Assembly: GCA_963665115.1 (NCBI GenBank)
Contig: OY762007.1
Coordinates: forward strand, 4,448,001 to 4,512,000
DNA from: an uncultured Rivularia sp.
Lineage (GTDB): Bacteria; Cyanobacteriota; Cyanobacteriia; Cyanobacteriales; Nostocaceae
Direction: 5' to 3'
Length of the DNA: 64,000 nt
Shown here: piece after piece, positions 32,281-43,370 of the stretch
Position numbering within the stretch: position 1 is the first letter of the stretch
Layout: every line of letters starts with the position of its first letter
Program-made: the position numbers and the translations under genes
The notes under the pieces: model-generated
The model's input: only the letters and a program-made list of their open reading frames with translations
Told to the model about the DNA's origin: nothing
Databases searched by the model: none

Positions 32281-32592
32281 TTATCGAGTATTGCGTTCGC
32301 AAACTAAAACTTCTGCAAGTGATTCTGGTAAATCGCTAAGATCGGTATATCCTTCACAACCGCGAATAGGCGAGGCAAATGTATAGTTAGGGTCGCATTC
32401 TGCGGTATCGTAAACTTGGAAGTACCACCGATCGGGAAAACCAGATACAGCAACTTCGATAATATACCAACTTTGACCAATGAGGCGACAATCAATGACT
32501 GTAAACCAGTCTCTATATTCGTCTGCGATGTTCCATTCGTTAAGAATAAATTCTACAGCAATTTTCTCTGCCTCATTCGCCGTCAATTGCAT
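32281..32592 (-). CDS. Hypothetical acidic protein
   Basis: AAGGAG within the upstream gene end; 2-nt gap. Confidence 0.7.
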   Translation of the reverse strand: MQLTANEAEKIAVEFILNEWNIADEYRDWFTVIDCRLIGQSWYIIEVAVSGFPDRWYFQVYDTAECDPNYTFASPIRGCEGYTDLSDLPESLAEVLVCERNTR

Positions 32593-32594
32593 TT

Positions 32595-32891
32595 TTACTC
32601 CTTATTTGTAACTTCAGGGTAAAATCCTAATTCTTTGGATAATTCTTTGGCAACGTGGATTAAAAACTTTGCACCTTCTTCATTTCCGTTATGTGCAAAT
32701 GATGTTGCAACCTGCATAATTGATTTGATTAAATCCGCATCTACTAACTCAGAATTAGCTTGAATCAGTTCGGGTTCCTTACCATTTTCACATTTTAATA
32801 ATTGGTCTATCAAACTATAGTATTGATTCTGACGTTCTTCTGAAGACATAATTTTTTTTAGATTTACTACTTTTCGAGACTTTGCTGCCAT
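32595..32891 (-). CDS. Hypothetical helical protein (start may be the ATG at 32849)
   Basis: YYSLIDQLLKCENGKEPELIQANSELVD motif; co-oriented with both neighbours. Confidence 0.65.
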   Translation of the reverse strand: MAAKSRKVVNLKKIMSSEERQNQYYSLIDQLLKCENGKEPELIQANSELVDADLIKSIMQVATSFAHNGNEEGAKFLIHVAKELSKELGFYPEVTNKE

Positions 32892-33286
32892 AATTTTTCC
32901 AACATTTCTACTTGCTGTTGAAAAAGGTTAGCGCGATAAACTAAATATCTATCGTAAAGATAAATTGCTGTTCCAATACAGAATGGTACAAATAAAAAAA
33001 TCCATCTCCATGAATTACGAATTTGATATTTATCTGATAAATTTAGCTTTTTTTCGTTTGAATTTAGATGCAGCTTTGAATAATCGTTATTTATAAGAGA
33101 ACTAGTTTGTAGCGAAGACGCAGAATATTCATTATTGATAGTTTGGCTATAAGAAATATTCTGCTGCGTTTTGACAAACTCTAAATGCTTTTCCCATACC
33201 ACACCAAATACTGTAGCCGCTGGTAAGAGTAAGGCTAAAGTAATTAAACAAACAGCACATACATTGACAAGCTTTGAATTCATCAT
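32867..33286 (-). CDS. Hypothetical membrane protein
   Basis: Two hydrophobic helices, C-terminal QQQVEMLEKLWQ. Confidence 0.65.
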   Translation of the reverse strand: MMNSKLVNVCAVCLITLALLLPAATVFGVVWEKHLEFVKTQQNISYSQTINNEYSASSLQTSSLINNDYSKLHLNSNEKKLNLSDKYQIRNSWRWIFLFVPFCIGTAIYLYDRYLVYRANLFQQQVEMLEKLWQQSLEK

Positions 33287-34140
33287 GGCTTTTATTTCTT
33301 ACATCACACGAAGCCAGTGAAAAGTATGCCTATAGCAATAATTTGTAGACTTTTGTAAATCCTATAAATTAATTAATATAATTGCGTTCGCCCAAGAAGA
33401 TTATCAACGTAAAGGGGGCTTAGCAATACAGAATCCGGCTTTAAATAGAGGATTTTAAGAAGCCCCCCCGAAAAAACGGGGGGGTAGAGGGGAATCTCTG
33501 CGTAAATCCTATACAAGTTATATCAGTCAGCAAATGAGTAATCACTCAAGGCGATCGCCCTTGAATTTATTAAACTAATTACGGTTGTACTCAAATACCT
33601 GTAATCCAATCATAATAACGATTTAATATTTTTTTTGGGTACGGGTTCTGGTATTTTAAGGTAGGGGTGCTGGTACTCATGAAGTGAGGTTCTAGCATTT
33701 TTGTACTCACTATTCATTAAATAACTAGACATTTAAAATGCTGCAATTTCTTTGTAGTCGGGAATTTTGATAGTTATGTTTTAACCTAAAATATAGATAT
33801 GTATTGGTTTTTACAGAACTTCTGATAATATTTAATTAATCAAAACTTGAATTAATCGCATATAGCACTCCTTAATGTTGAAGTAAGAATTTAGAAACCC
33901 GATTTTTTTAAAAAACTGGGTTTTTAGTGTTTCAACTTGTTGAAAATAATGTAGGATTACTATAGATACTTTGTTTTGTTATAAAGTTTTTCAAAAATTT
34001 TGGTACGATGATAGAAAAAATGTGAAAATATTTAGGTTTTTGCTTTAAACTTCTTAATATAAAAATTATCCAAAAGTATAAGATCAATAATTTATTTATA
34101 GATAAATAATTAGTAATCAATTCACAAAGGGTAGCAAGAA

Positions 34141-35101
34141 ATGCGAATAGCCAGTGATGTCACACAACTTATCGGTAGAACTCCATTAGTTGAATTAAAT
34201 AAAATTCCTCAAGAAGCAGGATGTCTCGCCAGAATTGTGGTGAAACTAGAAGGAATGAACCCCGCAGCTTCGGTAAAAGATCGTATTGCTGCGAATATGG
34301 TTAAAACAGCACAAGAACAAGGTTTAATTAAACCTGGAAAAAGCATTTTAGTGGAACCAACATCCGGTAATACGGGAATTGGATTGGCTATGGTGGCTGC
34401 TGCACTTGGCTATAAATTGATTTTGACAATGCCTGAAAGCATGAGTTTAGAAAGACGAGCCATGCTTAAAGCTTATGGTGCGAGTTTGGAATTAACCCCA
34501 GCCCAAGGAGGAATGCGCGGGGCAATTTCTAAAGCCGAAGAAATCGTGGCTAATACGGAAAATGCCTTTATGTTGCAGCAATTCCAAAATCCAGCCAATC
34601 CCCAAATTCATCGCGAAACTACCGCAGAAGAGATTTGGGAAGATACGGATGGAGAAGTTGATTTTCTGATTGCTGGTGTTGGTACTGGTGGAACAATTAC
34701 CGGAATTGCCGAAGCAATCAAAGAGCGCAAACCCAGTTTTCAAGTAGTTGCGGTAGAACCTAAAAACAGTCCCGTCTTGGGTGGTGGACAAGCGGGGGCC
34801 ACATAAAATTCAAGGTATAGGTGCCGGATTTATCCCAGATGTTCTACGTAAAGATTTGATTGATGAAATAGTTACCGTCACCGATGAAGAATCAATGGCG
34901 ATGGGAAGACGTTTGGCGAAAGAGGAAGGAATATTATCTGGTATTTCCTCCGGTGCGGCATTATGTGCGGCGATTGAAATAGGTAAGCGCCCAGAAAATA
35001 AAGGACGCTTGATTGTGATGATTCAGCCTTCCTTTGGGGAAAGATATTTGAGTACCCCGATGTTCCAAGATTTAGGTAAAGAAGTTGCTACGGTTGGGTA
35101 A
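34141..35101 (+). CDS. cysK: Cysteine synthase A; apparent +1 frameshift at 34794-34798
   Basis: [24 protein letters not shown]; removing one G gives [16 protein letters not shown]...GERYLST. Confidence 0.95.
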
Positions 35102-35433
35102 GTAAACCATATTTTGACCTCTCTCCAAACCTCTCTTTTAGTAGGAGAGAGGCTTTGACTAGTTTGTAGCTTGTAGGTTGTAGGTTGGGTTAGACACGAA
35201 AATAAATGAGTTTATTAAGATAACTTAAATTCCGAAGTGTCGTAACCCAACATTTTTTACGATCAATTCAATATACTTGCATTATCTACAAATCACGATC
35301 TTGGTTATGCGGAAATTGAAATTAAGATGCGCTGAAGCGCTACTACGAACCTTTAACAAGCAAAAAAAATCTCCCATCAAGGGAGAAAATGAAGTCTATT
35401 AGAAAATGATATTAATCAAAAAGTCTTTTTGAA

Positions 35434-36618
35434 TTAAACTAATTCGATATTTGAAGATTTGCGCTTGCGTTTTAATGAAGAAGCAACCAAGCCGCTTACC
35501 GCAACTAAGCCTAAAATAGAACCAGATTCGGGTACTTTTCTTTTGACTGTCTTTACTTTTTTGTCTACTAAAAATGAAACATCATCGATTCCATTTGTAC
35601 CCTTACTATAGTAAGAAACCGTGATTTGCTCACCTGCAACCACATCTAACTCACGTTCATACTCAGTCCAAGAAGTATCGGTTGAATAAATAACCTCATT
35701 CAAAAGGCTTCCTGATTCCGTACCATCTATTTTTACACGCATTCCAGACCAATCACTCATGTTAAAGGTAGCATAATCGAAGGAAAATAATGCATTTGTT
35801 TCAATATTTTCTGCAAGTGTAAAAGTCTGACTAATACCCGCCGCGTCCGATGTGCTATGCCCTGCGAAAAAATTACCAGTTCCTAAACCATCAGTACCCA
35901 TGGTATCTACATTACTGTATCCTTGTTGCTTTAACCAAGAATGACGGGTATAAGCGTCACTAACTTCCCAGTCTGAATACTGTAACTGATAAGATGCATA
36001 ATCATATCTACCATTTCCATTTTGACCTCGAAGATTACTTCTTGTCTCTTCAAATTCACCATTGCTAATCATATTAAAAGATGTCGCATGGGCTTGTCCT
36101 TGAAGTGCGCCAAAACCCACAACTAAACCAACGGTGGCAATTCCTAAGTTTTTAACAAAACCACTGACAGCAGCTAAATCCAAGGTAGAAGTAGGCTTAT
36201 CACCAAAATCTGTAACTCTTCGATCGCAGAAATCATTTTTCAATTGAGTATTTTGATTAAAACTGCCATCAGGTGTTATTAGCTTGTTAAGCTTCTCCTG
36301 TTTAATCTTTATCTCATTTTGTATACATATTTTTTCCTGAAGAAGTCGATTTTGCTCCTTGTTGTTTCCGTTATTTTTAGCTTCTAGAATTTGTGTATTT
36401 ATATTTCTTGTATCTTTCTGAAATTTTGAAATTTCTTTTTTAAGTTTTTGAGATTCTTCAATGCCATTGTCTAAAAATTGATTATCCTCAGTTGCTACAC
36501 CAACATTTACTTGATCAAAGTCTACGGTTGTTGATTTTAATGCTTGAGCGGGATTTGCAACAGCTTTTACAGCAGTAGCTGATAATCCATGAGTATTTAA
36601 GGACTTACTAAATGTCAT
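35434..36618 (-). CDS. PEP-CTERM-type protein with unusual N-terminal extension
   Basis: C-terminal VPESGSILGLVAV...LKRKRK; internal signal-like segment ending AHA. Confidence 0.75.
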   Translation of the reverse strand: MTFSKSLNTHGLSATAVKAVANPAQALKSTTVDFDQVNVGVATEDNQFLDNGIEESQKLKKEISKFQKDTRNINTQILEAKNNGNNKEQNRLLQEKICIQNEIKIKQEKLNKLITPDGSFNQNTQLKNDFCDRRVTDFGDKPTSTLDLAAVSGFVKNLGIATVGLVVGFGALQGQAHATSFNMISNGEFEETRSNLRGQNGNGRYDYASYQLQYSDWEVSDAYTRHSWLKQQGYSNVDTMGTDGLGTGNFFAGHSTSDAAGISQTFTLAENIETNALFSFDYATFNMSDWSGMRVKIDGTESGSLLNEVIYSTDTSWTEYERELDVVAGEQITVSYYSKGTNGIDDVSFLVDKKVKTVKRKVPESGSILGLVAVSGLVASSLKRKRKSSNIELV

Positions 36619-36960
36619 TTATTTAAAACCTTCTCTTTAATGTGCATACTAATCTATTACTTAATCAGTTATAAGTGTTTTAATTCGTAAATAGGTTAGG
36701 GAGGAATGAACAATTGTTCAAAGTTATAGATATTTCAATTGAAGCTAAAGTAAAGGTGCTAGGTTTAAATACTAATATTAAAGTAGATGTGACCAAACTT
36801 ATCTAAGTATTTAAGGTTAACCAAGCTAATGCATAATATTATCTAAGTGATATCAGTTAGTAGAGATTGTTTTATCAAAGAAAAAACCCCTTTATGAGGG
36901 GTGGATAAGGAGATTACAAAAGCGATTTTGTTAAAAAACTTTGTTATAAATCAGTTTGGT

Positions 36961-37845
36961 TTATTTAGACGAGCGTTTGCGTTTAATTGAAGCTACAGCA
37001 ACGCTTCCGAAGATTAAGCTCAATATCGAAGTTGGTTCTGGTACTTTTTTCTTAATTGTGCGTTCGTAATCTAAATAAGTCACCGCTCCACTTCCAGGTA
37101 AGGTGATATCAAGCTGTTTAATATTTTGTGAAAAATCAAATTCGTATTCTCTGAGGGAGTTATTACCTTTGAGAGCTTTACCTCGCCAATCTTTACTCAA
37201 CAAAGTAACCATCGGATCTTTTTCGTCAGCATCTTCTCCGAACTTAAACTGTTGAGTAGTATTATCCAGGAAAGTGAAGTTGAATATAGGTACACCGGGG
37301 TCATCAAAATCTAATAAACCTATATTATTAAAATCAACACCTTTTTCATCGGTAAAATTGAATGAAATCACACCTCCTCCAGCTTGATCGTCTGGTGCGT
37401 TTTTATTTTCTTGAATTATCAATACTTTTCCTTGCTCGGGAGAATCGTATTTAATCAACTTATTATTACTTGCTCTGTATTTACCTTTCCCGGTTGCTAA
37501 ATCTGGGTCATCACCAGTACAAATATTAGTAAATCCATTCTTCGATACACCTTGCCGCTTACCGTTGGCTTTAGCTCTACAGTTACTTTCGTACAGCCAT
37601 AATTCCTTAACACTCGAATCCATTTCTAAACCATAGTCGGCCCAAAGATTATCAAGTTTAGGGCCACCTGTTAAAGGATTTTTACCAACACCAACCTGTT
37701 CGTCGAAATCAACAACCACATCTTTGTGAACTTCTACATATTCATTTTTCATACTTGCTGCTTGTGCGGAGTTATTTCCGAAAGTGCCTGACGCAGCAAT
37801 TAAAGTTCCGGCAGATAAAATTGATAATTTCTTTAAATTTAGCAT
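36961..37845 (-). CDS. PEP-CTERM protein
   Basis: Signal peptide ending AQA; VPEPTSILSL...KRKR tail. Confidence 0.88.
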   Translation of the reverse strand: MLNLKKLSILSAGTLIAASGTFGNNSAQAASMKNEYVEVHKDVVVDFDEQVGVGKNPLTGGPKLDNLWADYGLEMDSSVKELWLYESNCRAKANGKRQGVSKNGFTNICTGDDPDLATGKGKYRASNNKLIKYDSPEQGKVLIIQENKNAPDDQAGGGVISFNFTDEKGVDFNNIGLLDFDDPGVPIFNFTFLDNTTQQFKFGEDADEKDPMVTLLSKDWRGKALKGNNSLREYEFDFSQNIKQLDITLPGSGAVTYLDYERTIKKKVPEPTSILSLIFGSVAVASIKRKRSSK

Positions 37846-38116
37846 CCTGTTTTTTTATCTCGAAGGTGAATAAGTTAATTAGATTTGTTTTTCTATATCA
37901 GTGATAAGTGATTTCAACTGTCAGTAGTTAAACTGACAGCAAATCTTCTATCAATAAGTAAGTAGATTTGTTTGAAGTTATGATGAGCTTTCTCAGTGTT
38001 AGTACTGACTAATATGCTGAAAGCTGCTTTTGTCATGGGTATTGATAAAAGATTCTCCGGTTTGTAGTCAGGACTTTAGTCCTCAAGGAAGAAGGGCTAA
38101 AGCCCTGACTACGAAG

Positions 38117-39268
38117 CTATGATGAACGAAATAACACTCTTCCGGGGAAAATTTCGTCGTTGATTTTGGCGTAAACTCGCAGACAAGCGGAAACTTCTCC
38201 GGGTATACCTCCGCTTTCTATTTGTAAGTCGTCTTTTGAAAAGGGGTAAACATCTGCATAGGTTCCCCATAAAGGACGAATCTGGACGCTTATTCCTGCT
38301 TGACGCGCTTGTTGTGCTGCTGTTTCTAAAGTGCGACGTGCCTCTTGTTGCAATTTTCCCCACCAGGAAAAGCGATCGACGCATGGTAAATAAGTTAATG
38401 AATGTATCGCTTCGTCTAAGTCAAGTCTGGCACGCAAGCTTGTTAATCTATCAGTATTAAAAGTTACCTTAGCCCTGTGGAAGCGTTCTATAAGAGCGGC
38501 GATATACTTAGGTTTATCCGTTGAGTTTAGCGAGCGAACGCCGAATCTATCCACACTTCTTAAAGCATGGTATAAATGCGGGTCTTGTTCGATAAATTTA
38601 AGATATATAGAAACAATGGCGGCAAGGATATCAAGTTCGCTACCGCTTCTTTGAGTTTGTAGTCGCTCGTCAAAATTAGTTGTATTGGAAAAGCACAATC
38701 CTGAAGCTTGAATATTATCTTTTAAACCTGAGTAGATATGTTGGGGAGTCGGAAATGGAAGCTGCTGTAAAGAAACTTTATCTTCCGTTGCACCTAGTAT
38801 AATTGCTTGGTTGAGAATTTGCGATCGCGCTATCTGAGCTTGTTTTTCAGGTACCCGCAAAAGCAGTCGCTGCATTTCATTCCAAAGTTGAGCATCATCA
38901 GTACCGTGAAACTGATATTCGCCGATGTACTGCGATAGTTCTTTGTTAGAAACTAAATTTTGAGTAATTGGTTTGAGTTTAACCTGGGTAAGAGTTTGCG
39001 GTAATTGTGGTTTGTTCTCAAGTTGCTTTGATACTGGCTCTAAGATATCTTCCCAGGTGGGAATTTCCTCTGTATTATTACTTTGATTTTGAGCTTCTAA
39101 AATTACATTTAATTCTTGCAAAAGTTGCCGACAAGCATCGCTTCCAGGGTCAGAAACTTCTGTTTTCAAAGCTTCTTGTAACTCGGTTCGCAATCCTAAT
39201 AGTTTTAACCGCAGTAACCAAGCTAACTTTGAATCTTGAGTATTTAGTAGTTTTTTAAAGTTGGGCAT
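38117..39268 (-). CDS. Hypothetical protein
   Basis: 383 aa ORF, no confident family. Confidence 0.7.
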   Translation of the reverse strand: MPNFKKLLNTQDSKLAWLLRLKLLGLRTELQEALKTEVSDPGSDACRQLLQELNVILEAQNQSNNTEEIPTWEDILEPVSKQLENKPQLPQTLTQVKLKPITQNLVSNKELSQYIGEYQFHGTDDAQLWNEMQRLLLRVPEKQAQIARSQILNQAIILGATEDKVSLQQLPFPTPQHIYSGLKDNIQASGLCFSNTTNFDERLQTQRSGSELDILAAIVSIYLKFIEQDPHLYHALRSVDRFGVRSLNSTDKPKYIAALIERFHRAKVTFNTDRLTSLRARLDLDEAIHSLTYLPCVDRFSWWGKLQQEARRTLETAAQQARQAGISVQIRPLWGTYADVYPFSKDDLQIESGGIPGEVSACLRVYAKINDEIFPGRVLFRSS

Positions 39269-39501
39269 GGGAAATTGGGCATTGAGAATAGGTTTGAATT
39301 TTTTTATGTTTATTTTAATTTCTCACTTACTAACTAATTGATGAGTCAATTCTCATATTTACAAGTATGATATGCGGTTACAGAGATAATTTTGATAAAA
39401 AACTGAAGAAATTTTTCCGTAAATGCTAGCCAAAATAGATATTTGATTTAGAATATGTGAACTGTTTCAATAATATTACTGTTATCAAAGCAGTCAATAA
39501 T

Positions 39502-40671
39502 ATGAAAATTATACGCTTAGTTTGTACAATATTAGTTTGGATTACTGTAGTAAAAACGACACAAGCTACTGCAACTCCAATAAAGCAGAATGAAGAATCG
39601 ATAAAAAGCTTTGCTCAATGGTGCAATCAGAAATTAACTTTACCCAAAGATACGAAGCATACAGTTGAGGTTTTGTTAAAAAAAGCTGCTACTCAAGATT
39701 GCGTAAAAGCCGAGAAAAAGTTGAAAAAACTAACTAAACTCAATCTTGGTGAAAATCAGATCCGCGATTTGTCACCACTTGCCCGATTAACTAATTTAAG
39801 TTGGCTTCAGCTTAATGGAAATGAAATTAGCAATATTAAGCCGCTTGCTGAGTTGACTAATTTGAACGTACTTATGCTTGATAATAATAAAATTAGCGAC
39901 ATTAAACCTATTGCTAAATTGACTAATCTGACAGCAATTGTACTTATAAATAATCAAATCAGCGACATAAAACCCCTTTCTAAATTAACTAATTTAAATT
40001 TGCTTAATTTGAGTAAAAATAAAGTTAGCGACATTACACCTCTTACTAAGTTGCCTAATTTGACTCAACTTTTCCTAGGAGGGAATAAAATTAGCGACAT
40101 TAAACCTCTTGGTGGATTGACTAATTTGAATACGCTTAGGCTTGGGGGAAATCAGGTGGGTGACATCGAACCCCTTTCTAAATTGACTAATTTGAATTCG
40201 CTCTATCTTAGTAAAAATAAAATTAGCGACATTAAGCCTCTTTCCCGGTTGACTAAAGTGCCTGTACTTCACCTTAAAGGAAATAAAATTAGCGACTTAT
40301 CGCCGCTTGCTGAATTGACTAATTTGGATTGGCTCGATCTTGATGAAAATCAAATTAGCGATCTATCACCCCTTGCTGGGTTGACAAATTTGAATACGCT
40401 TAGGCTTAATGAAAATCAAATTAGCGATACTAAGCCTCTTACTAAGTTGCCTAATTTGACTGTACTTTACCTTAATAAAAATCAAATTAGCGATACTAAG
40501 CCTCTTGCAGCATTGAATAAGTTAATTTGGCTTGAGCTTGAAGAAAATCAAATAGGCAATATCAAACCTCTTACTCAATTAACTAATTTAACAAAACTTA
40601 GGCTTCGGGAAAATCAGATTAAAAACGCAACTTGTCCCATTAAGCCAGAATCTATATGTGAGTTTCAATAG
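39502..40671 (+). CDS. Secreted internalin-like leucine-rich repeat protein
   Basis: 22-aa LTNLxxLxLxxNxISDIKPLxx repeats; signal peptide; Cys-containing caps. Confidence 0.92.
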   Translation: MKIIRLVCTILVWITVVKTTQATATPIKQNEESIKSFAQWCNQKLTLPKDTKHTVEVLLKKAATQDCVKAEKKLKKLTKLNLGENQIRDLSPLARLTNLSWLQLNGNEISNIKPLAELTNLNVLMLDNNKISDIKPIAKLTNLTAIVLINNQISDIKPLSKLTNLNLLNLSKNKVSDITPLTKLPNLTQLFLGGNKISDIKPLGGLTNLNTLRLGGNQVGDIEPLSKLTNLNSLYLSKNKISDIKPLSRLTKVPVLHLKGNKISDLSPLAELTNLDWLDLDENQISDLSPLAGLTNLNTLRLNENQISDTKPLTKLPNLTVLYLNKNQISDTKPLAALNKLIWLELEENQIGNIKPLTQLTNLTKLRLRENQIKNATCPIKPESICEFQ

Positions 40672-40700
40672 CTTTTCTATTTTGCTTTTTTTATAAATTC

Positions 40701-41715
40701 CTAATCCTTAAACCTAAATTTTACTAATACGGGTAAATGATCTGAAGCTTGCTTCACTTCATCAACTATTCTCCATTCGCTTACTTCTATATTATTAGGA
40801 GTATAAAAAACGTAATCTAATTTGACTTTAGGTTTATCCGATGGAAAAGTAGCAATTTCGGGATTATTTAACGCTTCTGGTGGTAAAGCCGATTTAATTG
40901 AAGCAGTTTTTAATAAAATATCAACAGTTGGTTGTGGATTTTCTGGTATTGGAGGAACGGTACTATTAAAATCACCTACTAACAATACCGGATGTTCATC
41001 AACGTATTCTGAGAGCAGCTTTTGAATATATTCAGTTTGTTTCTTTCGGGTTGGTGCGTCAAAGGCTTCTAAATGTACGTTTATTAAAATAACGGAACGA
41101 TTATTAACTTTAATTTCGCTTACCTGTGCGACTCTATCTAAATAAAAAGCGTTGTAAAAAAAAGGTTTGCTAGCAACTTTATCTAATACAATACGTTTAT
41201 TATTAGTGATGGGATAGCGACTTAATACAGCTTGTGCCGATAATATTCTCCTAAAATGAGCGGAAAATGGAAAGTAGGGAAATGGTACGTAAGTTTTATC
41301 CCAATTAATTGTTATTGCTGCTTGATTAAAAGAAAGCGCTTTTGCTAATTCAGAAACTTGATTAACTTTAAAAGAACGTTTGGAACCTAAATCAATTTCT
41401 TGAAAACCGATAAAATCAGGATTAAGTGGTTTGAGCGCATCGATAACAGTTTTTAAATTCTCATCAAACAGCTTTTTCTCTCTATCGACAGCTAGATTGT
41501 TAGTTAATCCAGAAAGATAACCGAGATTGTAAGTAATTAGCGTAAATTCATCTTTATTAGTTGGTGCAAAAGTTGGGTAATCTACAATTTCCGCATACTT
41601 GTTACGGGGATAAGCGTTAGAAACTAGCCCAAAAATAGAAGATAAATACAGCGAATATTACCACCCCTAAAATGGTTCCGCCAATTTTGAGTAAAGTTGG
41701 GAGAAGATTTTCCAT
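40701..41715 (-). CDS. Endonuclease/exonuclease/phosphatase family protein; apparent +1 frameshift at 41621-41623
   Basis: Own translation: N-terminal TM, then TYNLG, FQEID, NVHL, VGDFN, LDYVF, SDHLPV; the ORF track shows only the last 94 aa. Confidence 0.85.
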
Positions 41716-41994
41716 TTAATCAATTCTTAAAAGTTTATCCCCAAATATTGTTGGTGAATTATTCTTATCAATAATCTTGAAAGCAGTACACCAGTAGCGA
41801 ATAGAGCGCACCATATTTTTACCAACACCTAAACGTACAGGAGCATCATCCTGCAAGACAATTCCTGGTTTTTTGTAACTGCATCAAATCCTTTTTTTCA
41901 ACCAGCCAAAACGACGGTGAAAAGTTTCATGATTTGCGAAAACTGGATTTACTGGATTCTCAAGATGTTTAAAATTTATAGAAGTTTGAATCAT
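41716..41994 (-). pseudogene. Truncated DUF4007-like gene (N-terminal ~93 codons, two compensating frameshifts)
   Basis: FANHETFHRRFGWLKK/GFDAV...DDAPVRLGVGKNMVRSIRYW. Confidence 0.75.
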
Positions 41995-42120
41995 GCATGA
42001 CAAGACGGATATAATAGCAACCATCTTGGATATTATGACTCAAAGGTGACAATATTTAATTATTCAAATTTGAAATTATTTAAATTAAATGATTTTGACA
42101 AGACTTTTCGATTAATAACT

Positions 42121-42152
42121 GTGCATTGCGCTAACATCACAACACACCCTAC
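42121..42152 (-). repeat. Further copy of the GTAGGGTGTGTTG REP-like hairpin
   Basis: GTGCATTGCGCTAACATCACAACACACCCTAC; a more degenerate copy lies at 2281-2312. Confidence 0.7.
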
Positions 42153-42230
42153 AAAAATCTAAACCCACGCAAACGGGTTTTGCTCGTGTAGATGCGGTTG
42201 AAACCGCCAAATTCACCTAAAAATTAAAAA

Positions 42231-42303
42231 TGGACGATACTGGACTCGAACCAGTGACGTCCTGCTTGTAAGGCAGGCGCTCTACCAACTGAGCTAATCG
42301 TCC
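42231..42303 (-). tRNA. trnV: tRNA-Val(TAC), CCA not encoded
   Basis: GGACGATTAGCTCAGTTGGTAGAGCG-CCTGC-CTTACAA-GCAGG...GGTTCGAGTCC...ATCGTCCA cloverleaf. Confidence 0.97.
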
Positions 42304-42630
42304 TTGTTGGCTCACTAGAAAATAAATATAGCAAACTTTTTTGTATAAAGCTAGTCTTTTGCAAACTTTTTTTTAAGATAATTTTCCTCATCGCTTGAAA
42401 CCCGCTCCGTACCTGAGATAATTCCCAAATAGTTTGGTAACAACTGGGATGGACATTCAGTGAGGTCTGAGTGTACCTTGTATCATGTCAGCTTATTAGT
42501 TATGATTCGGGCGTTAGAGAAACCCCAGCCTTCCACAGAGGGGACATTTAATTTATTTATAGGCTTTGTTCGTTGGTAATTGCCAATACTCAATTCCCTA
42601 TGCCCAATTCCCCATTCGCTAATTTTTATT

Positions 42631-43240
42631 ATGCCCTCCGGTCAAACTCACGATCGCATTACAATTTGGGCTTTACCATTTATTGCTGGTGTCGCTTTTT
42701 GGCAGACTCACAGCAGCAGCATCACTTTGATAATTGCTAGTGGGTTTATGTTTGGGGGATTAATGTTTGGCCCCGACTTAGACATTTATTCAATTCAGTT
42801 TCAACGCTGGGGTTACTTGCGCTTTATCTGGCTTCCGTATCAGAAAAGTCTTCGTCATCGTTCCTTTTTATCCCACGGCCCCGTTAATTGGAACAACCGT
42901 GCGGGTACTCTATTTGTGCGGCTTAATTACAGTCGCAGTAATTATTATTTTATTTATTGCCGAGAAATTATTAAATATGACTTTGAGTTGGCACGAAGTT
43001 GTTAAACATCTTTTGGATATCATCAATCTTCACAAAACGGAATTTCTCGCGTTGTTTGTGGGATTGGAACTAGGTGCAATGAGTCATTCCATAAGTGACT
43101 GGTCAAATTCCGCTTACAAGCGTTTTAAAAGAAAAGGTTTCGCGAGCTTACTACCCAAGAAGAAGCCAAAAAAACGTAAACCTATGACCAAATCCACCAC
43201 AACTCGTAGGAGCAAATCTAATGTTAAAAGGAGGAAGTAG
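42631..43240 (+). CDS. Putative metal-binding membrane protein (DUF2227-like); apparent +1 frameshift at 42879-42882
   Basis: MPSGQTHD, PDLD, HRSFLSHGP/LIGT, GAMSHSISD. Confidence 0.8.
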
Positions 43241-43370
43241 GATGGGAAGATTGGGGAGGGGGTAGAAGGGGTAGAAAAACTTTAAATTCTTAACTACTTA
43301 TTACTTGCTACTCACTACTCTTTACTCTTTACTAACTCCTAACTGTTCACTGATAACTGTTGACTGATTA

